Sequence record: OR887633
Origin: Shigella phage vb_GEC_SH_GT
Length of the DNA: 64,000 nucleotides
Strand: one strand, 5' to 3'
Position 1 is the first letter of the stretch. Every line of letters begins with the position of its first letter. The notes below the pieces were generated by a model, which did not search any database, had not been told where the DNA came from, and saw nothing but the letters and a program-made list of their open reading frames with translations. Below, piece after piece: positions 29,715 to 39,838 of the stretch. A program made the translations under genes and the position numbers.

Positions 29715-30917
29715 TTATTTTGTAATAATGTCAAACTGTTCTTTAAAGCAGAAGCTTGAATCTTGGTGCTGATACAAAAATTCATAAGCTTTTTCACGTT
29801 CACGGTCATAAAGAGCTCGGTCAGATGACAGTTCTTTAATACGTTCAAATGTTGATTCCATGTCATTTTCATCAAACCAAACGATACCGCTATCATGAGA
29901 AATTAACGGAGTGTTATCAACACGGAATTTTAAATTTTCACCAGTAGATTTCCAAAATACTGGAATTGTTCCACATGCGCCAAGCTCGAGATGAGTATAT
30001 TCTAAAGAACGCTGCAGATATTTTTTGTCCAACTTGCTCAGCTGATAACCAAATCCGGATTTACTCATGCGTTCAAGCATTTCGCTATTTACATAACGGT
30101 CGAGAATTTGCGTTGGCAAATTAGGAGCAATTTTAATTTGGTCTACCTGATGAAGACGATAATACTCATATGGAATTCCTTTTTCTTTAATAGGAATGAA
30201 CGCTGGAGAACGTTCCAGACCTTCCATAATAGTACTTAGTCCTGCAGGTTTAAGATGTTTTTCGTGAAAATCAAACATCTGATAAAATCCTTTCCATGTA
30301 GTAGTACGACCAATCCAACGGTTGATATTCATGTTAATTTCAGAAACATCTTTCCAGTAGGTTGATCGAACCTTCGCAATATCCATAGGAGGCTGAAAGT
30401 TATATACGGTCGGTGCTTCTTCAATATCATCAAACAAAGAAACAGTTTCCGGATACCATTCTTTCATTAAAACTTTATTAAAATCACCATTATCAGAATG
30501 GCTAAAAATAACATCAGCCCGACGAACAGTTTCTTCTAATCCCAAATTTCGACGCAAAGAAAGAGAAGAATGGTCATGTTGATAAACTACAACACGAACC
30601 GAAGGTTTAATGTTATCAATAATTTTTTTATAGTTATTAATAGTGTCTTCTTCGACTGAAGTAGCAGGAACTGAATTGATAACTAGAATATCACAATCAT
30701 TTACCAGCTTAAGTGTTTTATCGTATTCTTTTGCCAATAAAACCGGAATTGAAAATGACTTATAATCATGCGCGCAATTACGGGTAAATGATTTATCTTT
30801 AGCATAAACCAAAGTTACTTCATGACCATTTTTAATAAACCAATCACGCTGCTCAAGAGAAAATTTAGTTACACCGCAACCTTCAAGACCTCGAGCCATA
30901 AAAATGCATACTTTCAT
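29715..30917 (-). CDS. agt: DNA alpha-glucosyltransferase
   Basis: 400 aa; N-terminus CIFMARGLEGCGVTKFSLEQRDWF and C-terminus as T4 alpha-gt. Confidence 0.95.
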   Translation of the reverse strand: MKVCIFMARGLEGCGVTKFSLEQRDWFIKNGHEVTLVYAKDKSFTRNCAHDYKSFSIPVLLAKEYDKTLKLVNDCDILVINSVPATSVEEDTINNYKKIIDNIKPSVRVVVYQHDHSSLSLRRNLGLEETVRRADVIFSHSDNGDFNKVLMKEWYPETVSLFDDIEEAPTVYNFQPPMDIAKVRSTYWKDVSEINMNINRWIGRTTTWKGFYQMFDFHEKHLKPAGLSTIMEGLERSPAFIPIKEKGIPYEYYRLHQVDQIKIAPNLPTQILDRYVNSEMLERMSKSGFGYQLSKLDKKYLQRSLEYTHLELGACGTIPVFWKSTGENLKFRVDNTPLISHDSGIVWFDENDMESTFERIKELSSDRALYDREREKAYEFLYQHQDSSFCFKEQFDIITK

Positions 30918-30970
30918 TTAATATCCTCATTGTTTTGGTTTATTTTACCAAAAATTTATAAAGCAATATA

Positions 30971-30984
30971 GGAGCCGAAGCTCC
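30971..30984 (-). terminator. UUCG-loop hairpin upstream of agt
   Basis: GGAGC-UUCG-GCUCC. Confidence 0.4.
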
Positions 30985-31160
30985 TATCCACATAATACAC
31001 CATACAGAGGCTCATTAGAGCTTCTAAATTTTATGCGCTTATATGTTATAGTTCCTTCTGCTTTAGCTTTATCATGAGACTCTTTAAAGCGTCTCATCAT
31101 TTCTACTTTAGAGGAACGAATTTTATTATAATCTATTTCAGAAGTCTGGGTGTTCATCTT

Positions 31161-31367
31161 TCACAGTTGCCACCATTTTTTGACTTGGTAAGAATCAACC
31201 CACACTTTCATATTAGGGTCTGCTCTTACAATAGGAGGATTAACTTCTTTAATTGAACTATCATGGTATTCTTTTTCAGAAATTTTCACACAAAGATGAC
31301 CGTTCAAAGATTCAGTAAATCCTGCATTAATTTTAAGACGCTTGAATTTTACGTGTGTAAGCATCAA
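31161..31367 (-). CDS. hypothetical protein (68 aa)
   Basis: Small ORF between agt and 55. Confidence 0.35.
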   Translation of the reverse strand: MMLTHVKFKRLKINAGFTESLNGHLCVKISEKEYHDSSIKEVNPPIVRADPNMKVWVDSYQVKKWWQL

Positions 31368-31650
31368 TCATATCCTCAATCTGTGATCTAGTAGTCTTCC
31401 AAAGAATACTAATGAGTTCATCGTTATATGGCTGTTTTAGAATATCCCGACTTTTCTTGATAGCATATTCGTATTGAGCAAAATTATTGTTTTCAGCTGC
31501 AATCTGAGCGTGTTTATAAAGACGGTTCAGTTCGCGTTTGTTTTTAGACAATAACTTATTTGCTTTTCTTTCTGCTTCAAGACGGTTCTTTTCTTCAATA
31601 GAAGAAATAAGCTTTTCCACTTCATCATTAATTTCGGGTTTATCAGTCAT
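31333..31650 (-). CDS. hypothetical protein (105 aa)
   Basis: Helical, basic ORF. Confidence 0.45.
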   Translation of the reverse strand: MTDKPEINDEVEKLISSIEEKNRLEAERKANKLLSKNKRELNRLYKHAQIAAENNNFAQYEYAIKKSRDILKQPYNDELISILWKTTRSQIEDMIDAYTRKIQAS

Positions 31651-31651
31651 A

Positions 31652-31870
31652 TTATTTCTCTAATATAAAATAAAAATCATCATCTGTTAAATGATACCGA
31701 TAGTTTAATTCTACACCATTAGATTTAAAAGCGGTATCATACGGATTTTCTGGATCAATATCAATGTCAAGAGCTAAAACTTCCCTGAGATACATTTTAA
31801 GTAAATAGGGAATAGCTTCAACTTCAGGTATTTCTTCCAAGAATCCGGAGAGGTTAATCGTTAGCCTCAT
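31652..31870 (-). CDS. hypothetical protein (72 aa)
   Basis: ORF coupled to gene 55. Confidence 0.45.
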
Positions 31871-32411
31871 ATAAAAAATCCAAACTAGGAGAATCGTCTA
31901 CAACACTTTTCTTTTCAGCCCCCGGTGTTCTATAGGTTGATTCTTCGTAATGCGTCATTTTATCGTAGATGTCTTGAATAAAAGTTTCATCTACTAACGC
32001 AACCATATCGTCGTCACGACTGTCATAGACATTGTGAACGAAGTAACTGTATTTCTTTGCAACTTCCTTACGTTCTTTTTTAATACGTTGGACGAATGCA
32101 TTAAAACAAGCTTGAGTTATATATGCATGTGGGTTTTTATATTTCGTTTCATCAAAATTATGAAGTCCCTTAATAGAAGCTTCTATACCATCTGCAATCA
32201 TTTCTTGTTTCCAAGACTGGGTGTATCCTGAAAAGTTGAAACGTTTAGATAAGCCTTCTGCAATAAGCATAATGGCTAATCCGATAGTATCATTCTGACG
32301 AACTACTTTATTTGGGTCTTTATTATTTGCTAATTCTGTTTTCCAATCAATAATAGCTTGTAAAAGCTCTTTATTGTTTACGTAATTATATTTAGGCTTA
32401 GTTTCTGACAT
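31854..32411 (-). CDS. 55: late-transcription sigma factor gp55
   Basis: Start trimmed to [17 protein letters not shown]; 185 aa sigma-like. Confidence 0.9.
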
Positions 32412-32489
32412 TTTCACCTCTTAGCTCAATTCATAGATCTATTATATCATAATATTTGAAGATCTATCTTAAAGCATAGAGGATATCAG

Positions 32490-32759
32490 TTATCTAAGTA
32501 AACAGTATGCTTGGAACACTTTCTCCATCATCTTTTTAAATTCATGAATATCTATGTAATGACTAGTTAAATCAGCATGATATAAAAAGTCTAAAAACTT
32601 TTCATGTGTGCTAACATATTCGCTTTCATTTAATTCAGAAACATGGCTTTCCCAATATCCAACACCAGTCTTATTTGGGAAAAATGAAATTTTCATGTAT
32701 TGGTCAACATAGAAAATTCCATAATTTTCAATAGTAATAGAAATATTAATAAATTTCAT
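32490..32759 (-). CDS. hypothetical protein (89 aa)
   Basis: ORF in 55-nrdH interval. Confidence 0.45.
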   Translation of the reverse strand: MKFINISITIENYGIFYVDQYMKISFFPNKTGVGYWESHVSELNESEYVSTHEKFLDFLYHADLTSHYIDIHEFKKMMEKVFQAYCLLR

Positions 32760-32971
32760 ACATTCATCAACTTAGCCGCTTCAAGAGCTGCATCTAGTGA
32801 ATCAAACTGGTCAACATATTCAATCAGTTTACCGTAATTGGCATATAACCACCATTGGCTAAATTCATACTCAAGGATGAATCCGTTTCCTTCAATTTGA
32901 GTTAAACCAATGCCGTTTGTATTTACTTCATATCCGGCAAGACGTAAATCGTTAATAAGAGCTTCGTTCAT
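32756..32971 (-). CDS. hypothetical protein (71 aa)
   Basis: ORF, 4-nt overlap with neighbour. Confidence 0.45.
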   Translation of the reverse strand: MNEALINDLRLAGYEVNTNGIGLTQIEGNGFILEYEFSQWWLYANYGKLIEYVDQFDSLDAALEAAKLMNV

Positions 32972-32973
32972 AA

Positions 32974-33300
32974 TTATGCCTTAGTAATTTTCAGGTCAGC
33001 AAATTTTTTCTTGCGTTGATTTTTCATACGACGAATAGTTTTATCAGAAATTTCATGCTTTTGATAAGCTTTAGATTCTACACCAAAAGCTTTAACATCA
33101 AATTCTGACAGGATATATTGAACCAACAATTCACGGACAGTATTGCGTCCAATTTTCTGATCATTCTGTTTCATCGTCTGATGAAGCTCTTTTTCCCATT
33201 TATCCAAAATTTGAGGAGTTACAATATCGCCTTTTTCTAGCAAAGAAACTACTTTATCATATGCGTAAGAATTGATGGCGTTTTTAATTTGAATAGTCAT
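32974..33300 (-). CDS. hypothetical protein (108 aa)
   Basis: ORF; basic C-terminus. Confidence 0.5.
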   Translation of the reverse strand: MTIQIKNAINSYAYDKVVSLLEKGDIVTPQILDKWEKELHQTMKQNDQKIGRNTVRELLVQYILSEFDVKAFGVESKAYQKHEISDKTIRRMKNQRKKKFADLKITKA

Positions 33301-33334
33301 ACATTATCCTCAATTACATTAAAATTTTATTATC

Positions 33335-33352
33335 CAAAAAGGGCCGAAGCCC
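33335..33352 (-). terminator. intrinsic terminator with UUCG tetraloop
   Basis: GGGC-UUCG-GCCC followed by UUUUUGG. Confidence 0.55.
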
Positions 33353-33553
33353 TTAGCTAAACTTTTTGGCACCCTTCCAGCCTTCGTACATCATTGCGGC
33401 TGATATTAATATTGCTCCTGAGCAACTTGAATATTTGTGATTCCAAAACCAGTTTAGAAAAACTTCGTCATCAATACCCTGGGCTATCATATTTTCAAAG
33501 AACTGACGACGAGCTTCAGCAATTCGTTGCGATAATTTAGATTCAGGATTCAT
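33353..33553 (-). CDS. hypothetical protein (66 aa)
   Basis: ORF after terminator-like hairpin 33341..33352. Confidence 0.45.
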   Translation of the reverse strand: MNPESKLSQRIAEARRQFFENMIAQGIDDEVFLNWFWNHKYSSCSGAILISAAMMYEGWKGAKKFS

Positions 33554-33769
33554 TTAAATTTTCCAGTTACCGTTTTCATCAATGAATTTAATCCAGTCAT
33601 TTACTGACCACTTGGTCGTATCGCCTTTTGGAGCAACATTTAAAGTGTATAATCCTTGTTTAAAAAGCATTCGTTTGATATTCATATTTTCCTCAGCTGT
33701 AACGATAGCACTCGTTTGATTTACGCTTAGCAACTCGTTGAGAAGTATTGTAATCAAAATCATCGTCAA
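33554..33769 (-). CDS. hypothetical protein (71 aa)
   Basis: ORF. Confidence 0.45.
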   Translation of the reverse strand: MTMILITILLNELLSVNQTSAIVTAEENMNIKRMLFKQGLYTLNVAPKGDTTKWSVNDWIKFIDENGNWKI

Positions 33770-33986
33770 TGTAAACTGATTTTTTCAACTTTCTTACTTC
33801 ACCACGTAATTGACGATTTAACTCATCTTTAACTTCTGAATCAATGCCTTTCATTCTACGCCATTTATCTGAGCGAAAAATGTTTTCAACCATATCTTTA
33901 TGACTTACACCATCAGGAGCTTTACGCTTTCCGAAATAGTCATAATCACGCACTTTTAAATCTTTACGACGATACGTTTTACCCAT
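33693..33986 (-). CDS. hypothetical basic protein
   Basis: Track ORF 33693..34025 trimmed to internal Met MGKTYRRKD. Confidence 0.4.
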   Translation of the reverse strand: MGKTYRRKDLKVRDYDYFGKRKAPDGVSHKDMVENIFRSDKWRRMKGIDSEVKDELNRQLRGEVRKLKKSVYIDDDFDYNTSQRVAKRKSNECYRYS

Positions 33987-34161
33987 GGAGTTTAATTTCC
34001 TTAGCAACTGAACTAAATACAGCACGGTCGCAAATCATCTGTTTATGTAACTTGAGTATAAGATAATAAACTTCAAAACCGTTTACATAAGTAACACGAA
34101 CAACATTACCATTAATAAAATAATATTGTCCCTTTTTAATTTCTTTATCAACCACAACCAT
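33979..34161 (-). CDS. hypothetical protein (60 aa)
   Basis: Early promoter 34191..34221 upstream. Confidence 0.4.
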   Translation of the reverse strand: MVVVDKEIKKGQYYFINGNVVRVTYVNGFEVYYLILKLHKQMICDRAVFSSVAKEIKLHG

Positions 34162-34190
34162 ATCAAATCCTCAAAGGCAATTTATATGTT

Positions 34191-34221
34191 AATAATACCA
34201 CAGTTTAAACTTCTTGTAAAC
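34191..34221 (-). promoter_or_regulatory. T4-type early promoter
   Basis: Minus strand GTTTAC...TGTGGTATTATTAAC. Confidence 0.5.
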
Positions 34222-34295
34222 AACTTTGTGAAAATTATTTTAGGGAATGATAAGAAGGGAACGATAGCTTAGAATGGTAATATACAGAATGTGAG

Positions 34296-34316
34296 AAAGA
34301 AAGGCCCAGAGGGCCC
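34296..34316 (-). terminator. intrinsic terminator hairpin
   Basis: GGGCCC-UCUG-GGCCU followed by UUCUUUC. Confidence 0.5.
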
Positions 34317-34319
34317 ATC

Positions 34320-34628
34320 TTAATCTTCTATGATATCTCTATCATATCCAAGTGAAATGAGAGTTTCTTTGAAGTGTTTAATGTTCTTTTGTCTAGAATC
34401 ATTGATGAAAATGACTGGATAACGAATGTTAAGAGATGTGAATCCAGCTCGTTTAGCAAGAGATACAATCAGTGGACGATCATACTCAATCTTACCATTA
34501 TTTGTAAGAACTTTATAGAAAGTAAAAGGAGCATTGAGCTCCTTTAGAAGTTTTGTAACTGATTGACATCCAGGACAACGACCTACTTCATCTGGAATTC
34601 CATAGACTTCAATCTTGTTTTGTTTCAC
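34320..34628 (-). CDS. nrdH: glutaredoxin-like protein NrdH
   Basis: 102 aa; redox motif CPGC near N-terminus. Confidence 0.75.
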   Translation of the reverse strand: MKQNKIEVYGIPDEVGRCPGCQSVTKLLKELNAPFTFYKVLTNNGKIEYDRPLIVSLAKRAGFTSLNIRYPVIFINDSRQKNIKHFKETLISLGYDRDIIED

Positions 34629-34630
34629 AA

Positions 34631-34867
34631 CTATTCCTTACTAAGAGCAGCATTAAGCTTGTTAGTAATTTTATCCAGACGCTCATTGAATTCGCTAGAA
34701 GATAGTCCTTTTTCTGGAGAAATTAAGCTAATCACGAAAAATATAGCAATAAAAGGAATAAGGAAAATAGCTCCAACTGCCATAAACAAAAAGAATGTTA
34801 CGGTTGTAAGAAAATCAGCTAAACCTTTACGAAATTTATACATATTTACCCTTAATTGATTAACCAA
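34631..34867 (-). CDS. small membrane protein (78 aa)
   Basis: Central TM segment FFLFMAVGAIFLIPFIAIFFVISLI. Confidence 0.5.
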   Translation of the reverse strand: MVNQLRVNMYKFRKGLADFLTTVTFFLFMAVGAIFLIPFIAIFFVISLISPEKGLSSSEFNERLDKITNKLNAALSKE

Positions 34868-34957
34868 GCATTGATAAGCACTAAACTGTATTGCGAATAA
34901 AATTCTGGACCAAAATGAAAAATCATATCATTTATAGTGTCCATAATATAATTCAAT

Positions 34958-35428
34958 TTAATCATGTTTCCACACCCCATCGGTATTTGACCAAAGTCGC
35001 TGATTATCTGAACCTCGCCACAGCTTTTTGGTCGGAAGATTTTTCTCATACTTCCCATCAATAATAACATCAACATATTTAAGCATTTCTAGTTTTTTAA
35101 TATCTTCAAACTTGTACCCTGTCCACAACCAAATGCTTTTATTCGGATAAAGATTTTTTACTGTTTGAACAATGCAATGAACAGCATCTCGGTTATCAGG
35201 ATAAAGAGGGTCTCCTCCAGTTATAGTTAATCCTTCTATATAATCATTATTCAAACATTCAATTAATTGTTCTAGTGTTTCACCAGTGAATGGAACGCCA
35301 TTTCTAGCATTCCATGTTGATTTATTATAACACCCTTCGCATTTATGCAAACAACCTGTAACGAAAAGAACGACCCTGCATCCAGGGCCATTCACAAAAT
35401 CGCAGGGATAAAATCTATCGTAATTCAT
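34958..35428 (-). CDS. nrdG: anaerobic ribonucleotide reductase activase NrdG (radical SAM)
   Basis: 156 aa; CxxxCxxC cluster (CLHKCEGC). Confidence 0.9.
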   Translation of the reverse strand: MNYDRFYPCDFVNGPGCRVVLFVTGCLHKCEGCYNKSTWNARNGVPFTGETLEQLIECLNNDYIEGLTITGGDPLYPDNRDAVHCIVQTVKNLYPNKSIWLWTGYKFEDIKKLEMLKYVDVIIDGKYEKNLPTKKLWRGSDNQRLWSNTDGVWKHD

Positions 35429-37242
35429 TGGTGTTTAACCCTATGCATGATTTCTTTATTTTTGCCAAGATTAAATCCGCGCTCGTTCGGATTTCCTAAA
35501 TAGCCGCATGTTCTTCTTATGGTGTTCATCTTTTTAGGATCATTTTCTCCACAAATAGAACAAACAAATCCGTTTTCAGTAGGAGTCATTTCATGGGTAC
35601 TTCCACACGTAAAACATTTATCTACTGGCATATTAACACCAAAATAATCTAAATGTTGTGCAGCATAATCCCATACAGCCTCAAGACCTTTTAGGTTATT
35701 TTTCATATCAGGAAGTTCAACATAAGAAATGTGACCACCTGTCGCAATGAAATGATACGGAGCTTCGCGAGAAATCTTTTCAAACGGAGTAATATTTTCT
35801 TCTACTGAAACGTGGAAACTGTTAGTGTACCAGCCTTTATCGGTAACATCTTTTACACTTCCATATTTTTCGGTATCAAGTTTACAGAAGCGATAGCACA
35901 GGTTTTCAGCAGGAGTAGAATACAAACTAAAAGCAAAACCGGTTCTTTCAGTCCACTGCTTAAGACGAGCATTCATTTTAGTCAAAATTTCCTGTCCAAT
36001 ATCACGACCGACAAGAATATTCAATTCGTGAATACCAATGTATCCTAGGGATACTGAACTTCTACCGTTTTTAAATAACTCAATTATATCGTCATCAGGT
36101 TTAAGACGGACCCCGAATGCACCTTCTTGGTAAAGAATAGGAGCAACAGTAGCTTTAACTCCTTTTAAGGAACTAATTCTACACATCAAAGCTTCAAAAC
36201 ATAAATCCATTCGTTCATTGAACAATTCGGCAAATTTCTGTTCATTGAACTGTGTTCCAATATAAGAATCTAATGCAATACGAGGAAGATTCAGTGTTAC
36301 AACACCAAGATTATTACGTCCATCAAGAATTTCATTACCAGTCGAATCTTTCCATACGCCCAAGAAACTACGGCAACCCATTGGAGAAACAGGAATAGAT
36401 GAACCAGTGATAGCTTTATTGTTCTTAGCCGAAATGATGTCAGGATACATTCTTTTGCTTGCACACTCTAGAGCAAGCTGCTTAATATCATAGTTCGGAT
36501 CGTCTTTATAAAGATTAACACCTTCTTCAACGAACATAACAAGTTTAGGGAAAATAGGAGTTATCCCGTCACGACCAAGACCTTTAATACGATTTTTCAG
36601 AATTGCTTTCTGAATCATTCGTTCAGTCCAGTCAGTTCCCGTACCAAATGTAATTGTTACAAAAGGCGTTTGTCCGTTTGAACTAAAGAGAGTATTTACT
36701 TCATATTCATAAGCTTGGAACGCATCGTATACGTCTTTTTCTGTTTTAGACTGGGCGTAATTCAACGCATCAGCGATTTGCCATTTTTCTGCATCCTCAA
36801 TATGTTTTGCATAGGTGCGTTTAACATAAGGAGAAAGTACTTTGTCTACATTCGCAAAAGTCGTTCCACCGTATTGATGGGAAGCAACCTGTGCAGTAAT
36901 TTGTGCCATAATTGCAGTAGCAACGCCAATTGATTTAGGGGTTTCAATCTGTGCATTACCAAGCTTAAACCCGTTCTCAAGCATTCCTTTTAAATCTACT
37001 AAACAGCAATTAGTAAATGGAAGAGCAGGGGAATAATCAATATCATGGAAATGAATAATTCCGCTTTCATGCGCTTTCATAATAAAAGACGGGACCATAT
37101 TTTTGGCAATGTGTTTAGACACAATACCAGCCATAAGGTCCCGTTGAGTTGGAAAAACACGAGAATCTTTATTAGCATTCTCGTTTAAAAGGTCTTTATT
37201 AGTTTTATGAATCAATCCTTCAATTTCTTTTTCAATTGTCAT
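35425..37242 (-). CDS. nrdD: anaerobic ribonucleoside-triphosphate reductase NrdD
   Basis: 605 aa; C-terminal Zn site CFTCGS...CSIC and glycyl radical motif RTCGYLG; uninterrupted (no intron). Confidence 0.95.
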   Translation of the reverse strand: MTIEKEIEGLIHKTNKDLLNENANKDSRVFPTQRDLMAGIVSKHIAKNMVPSFIMKAHESGIIHFHDIDYSPALPFTNCCLVDLKGMLENGFKLGNAQIETPKSIGVATAIMAQITAQVASHQYGGTTFANVDKVLSPYVKRTYAKHIEDAEKWQIADALNYAQSKTEKDVYDAFQAYEYEVNTLFSSNGQTPFVTITFGTGTDWTERMIQKAILKNRIKGLGRDGITPIFPKLVMFVEEGVNLYKDDPNYDIKQLALECASKRMYPDIISAKNNKAITGSSIPVSPMGCRSFLGVWKDSTGNEILDGRNNLGVVTLNLPRIALDSYIGTQFNEQKFAELFNERMDLCFEALMCRISSLKGVKATVAPILYQEGAFGVRLKPDDDIIELFKNGRSSVSLGYIGIHELNILVGRDIGQEILTKMNARLKQWTERTGFAFSLYSTPAENLCYRFCKLDTEKYGSVKDVTDKGWYTNSFHVSVEENITPFEKISREAPYHFIATGGHISYVELPDMKNNLKGLEAVWDYAAQHLDYFGVNMPVDKCFTCGSTHEMTPTENGFVCSICGENDPKKMNTIRRTCGYLGNPNERGFNLGKNKEIMHRVKHQ

Positions 37243-37712
37243 TTTAAACTCTTTCTAAGCTGCTTCTTAAATGAAGCTATTAATTGTGTTTTAGTGTCAG
37301 ATTCATTATATTCAAATCCTCTTTGAAGCATCTCAGCCATCATTTCATCTTTTCCTAAACGAGAAAATTCCTTTGATTTATCTCCAACAAAGTTAGGGTG
37401 AATATTATTTTGGGTGTAATCGGATTTTAAATAAGTAAGTAAATTTTCTAACCATTCAAGATAATCAACGCCTTGTCCTTTTAAGCCAGAACGATTAAAT
37501 TTATGTTTCATTTGACCTTCTGCAGCATTGCAGAGATTACAGAGCAATCCACGTACCTTTCCAGCTTTCGGTCCATTTAATTCATGGTCATGGTCAAGAT
37601 GATTAGCTTGAACATCAGGATTTAATTCTCGTTGGCAAATTAAGCATTTACCGTTTTGTGCATTATAAAATTTTTGTTTTTCTTCTTTGTATAATTTGCC
37701 AGTCAATAACAT
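37239..37712 (-). CDS. 49: endonuclease VII (Holliday junction resolvase) gp49
   Basis: 157 aa; Zn-binding CLIC...CNLCN and HNH-like core. Confidence 0.9.
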   Translation of the reverse strand: MLLTGKLYKEEKQKFYNAQNGKCLICQRELNPDVQANHLDHDHELNGPKAGKVRGLLCNLCNAAEGQMKHKFNRSGLKGQGVDYLEWLENLLTYLKSDYTQNNIHPNFVGDKSKEFSRLGKDEMMAEMLQRGFEYNESDTKTQLIASFKKQLRKSLK

Positions 37713-37761
37713 AATAAAACCCTTACCTTAAATAGATAAGGGTATTTATTATTTTCAAGTA

Positions 37762-38226
37762 TTAAAACGCTCGGTCAGAAAAAGAAATTTGAGTTTCAAG
37801 CCATTCAATATATTCTGCCGCGGCTTGCATCAAATTTCCTTCATAACCATCGTTATTTTCTTGTGCAGCTAATTTAGCTAATGCATATGAAATGCGTTCA
37901 CCTTGAAAAGCGGCTTTAGGTTTATGAATAGCTTGATCAACTCGTTCTACGACTTCTTCAATTTCGCCATTTTCTACTGATTCAGTATTCCACAAGCACC
38001 AATACGCAATTGGCTTATCGTAGATGTTAATAATCTTTCCATCAGAAAGTTCAATTTCAATAATTCCAGTATCAGGTTCTATATCATCTTCACATTCTTT
38101 TGCAAGTTCACGAACTTTAAAGACAGTACCTGCACTAAGTTCCGGCCAGTAATTACACAGCCCTATATCAGCACGATTAATTCTAAACCACTTATCTACT
38201 GTAATCATGTCCCATCTCCATATCAA
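37762..38226 (-). CDS. hypothetical protein (154 aa; 49.x/pin region)
   Basis: ORF; acidic; no motif. Confidence 0.45.
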   Translation of the reverse strand: MIWRWDMITVDKWFRINRADIGLCNYWPELSAGTVFKVRELAKECEDDIEPDTGIIEIELSDGKIINIYDKPIAYWCLWNTESVENGEIEEVVERVDQAIHKPKAAFQGERISYALAKLAAQENNDGYEGNLMQAAAEYIEWLETQISFSDRAF

Positions 38227-38331
38227 TTAAGTCATTTATCGTAGGTTCATTATATACTGTTTCTTCATCAGTGTAAACCGGTTCTTCCGGCTCTGGCTCT
38301 ACAGTTTCCCATCTAGCCGCCCACCAGGGTT

Positions 38332-38652
38332 TTATAGCGTAATCCATTCTCGTATTGTCTGGGTTACTACACGTTCACGGGGCTCGACTAATTCAACAGT
38401 CGGAACTGCATAATACCAGTCAGAATGGTAAGAACCTGAACGGCATTCATTTACGGAAACATGTACATTATGTTTTGGGCTAAAATAAACACACTGCCGA
38501 TATTGGCATTTGCCATCTTGTACCCAGTCTTCTATTTCGATAGGTTTAAGATAATCCGAAAAATCGAAATCATAATTTTCTGAAAATGCATCATGGTCTT
38601 CAATGATTTCACTAAGAACTGCATCAACATCTAATTTATTTTCAATATTCAT
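38332..38652 (-). CDS. hypothetical protein (106 aa)
   Basis: ORF; acidic N-terminus. Confidence 0.45.
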   Translation of the reverse strand: MNIENKLDVDAVLSEIIEDHDAFSENYDFDFSDYLKPIEIEDWVQDGKCQYRQCVYFSPKHNVHVSVNECRSGSYHSDWYYAVPTVELVEPRERVVTQTIREWITL

Positions 38653-38662
38653 TTTTCACCAC

Positions 38663-38872
38663 TTAATTTCGCAATTTATTAAGTTCTTCATAATCAATCC
38701 AGGATTCTAGTCCTGATGGCAAATCAGATTCAATTTCCCAAAGAAGCTCTTCAATTTTCTGAAGACGATCTAATTCTTCGGCTGGAATAGTAACCATTGA
38801 CGGAGTTCTTGATACACTAATATCGTAAATCATATTTACCCCAGTTTGACCATGCAATCGCCATATTTCCAT
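38663..38872 (-). CDS. hypothetical protein (69 aa)
   Basis: ORF. Confidence 0.45.
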   Translation of the reverse strand: MEIWRLHGQTGVNMIYDISVSRTPSMVTIPAEELDRLQKIEELLWEIESDLPSGLESWIDYEELNKLRN

Positions 38873-39051
38873 TTAGAAATAGACTTTTCACCGTTAGAAT
38901 AATAAACTTCGAGTTTAGCACGATTATTTTTAATTTGAATAACCTTTGCTGTCATCAAAGTTCCATACCCATAATAAACTGCAACCTCATCACCCACATA
39001 TACCGCGCTTCCGCGGTAGTCATGGATATAATCAGTTCCTTCGAGCATCAT
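38836..39051 (-). CDS. hypothetical protein (71 aa)
   Basis: ORF coupled to nrdC. Confidence 0.45.
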   Translation of the reverse strand: MMLEGTDYIHDYRGSAVYVGDEVAVYYGYGTLMTAKVIQIKNNRAKLEVYYSNGEKSISKWKYGDCMVKLG

Positions 39052-39311
39052 TTAAAGTATTCCCGCAATTGGTCAAATCCACCAATATGACTTCCATCAG
39101 GAGCAAATACTTGTGGCATCGTCAGTCCAATTTGAGTATCACGACCTAGTTTCGTCAGAAGCTCAGCGATTTTCTCATCATCAAAAACACCTTTTTCCGG
39201 CATAATGTTGATAAATTCAAACGGCTGTTTCTTTACAGTCAAAAGACGTTTTGCATTATCGCAATACACACATTTATGGATGCTGCTATCATAACCATAT
39301 ACTTTAAACAT
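39048..39311 (-). CDS. nrdC: thioredoxin/glutaredoxin NrdC
   Basis: 87 aa; active site CVYC; T4 NrdC length. Confidence 0.85.
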   Translation of the reverse strand: MFKVYGYDSSIHKCVYCDNAKRLLTVKKQPFEFINIMPEKGVFDDEKIAELLTKLGRDTQIGLTMPQVFAPDGSHIGGFDQLREYFK

Positions 39312-39312
39312 A

Positions 39313-39555
39313 TTATTCCTTAATTCCTAGTACTTGTTTAAAAGTCTCGTCGTAATCAAGACTTTGACCTGTTTGTTCTTTATGTTTGTATATAATATCA
39401 CTTACTTCTGATAGCATATTTTTATATGAACGAGTTAAAGCAGATTTAAGCACGCTGTATCTATCAGGAAATTTACCATGTTCATTATAATAAGCTATTG
39501 CTAATTCACGGACTGCCTTTTCAGCAGTCTCCATATATTCTTTACGCTTTGTCAT
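39313..39555 (-). CDS. hypothetical protein (80 aa)
   Basis: ORF. Confidence 0.45.
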
Positions 39556-39838
39556 TTTCTTCTCGGTTAAATCGGTGTTTGCAATGACGGCATTTATAAC
39601 GAAGATTACTAGTCTGCCAATGGACTAATTGAACCTGTTCAGTACCGCATTCAGGACAATTAGGAACGTTTTTAGAAGCCCTTTCGCGACGTTCAACCAT
39701 AGCCATAATGGCATCCCAAGCCGGAGGTTTAAAATCTAAATCGTCAGTAACTAGCAGTCCTTTATCAAACCCAGCGCATGGAGTCCATTCAGGAAAATCT
39801 GAAGCTTCAGCAATATCTTCTAATAAACGCTTTTTCAT
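39542..39838 (-). CDS. hypothetical protein with C-terminal Zn ribbon
   Basis: 98 aa; CPECG...CRHCKH. Confidence 0.5.

Noticed and set aside
34852-35076. Minus-strand 74-aa ORF overlapping the 3' part of nrdG
   Set aside because: Out of frame with nrdG, which has the radical-SAM motif; likely spurious.
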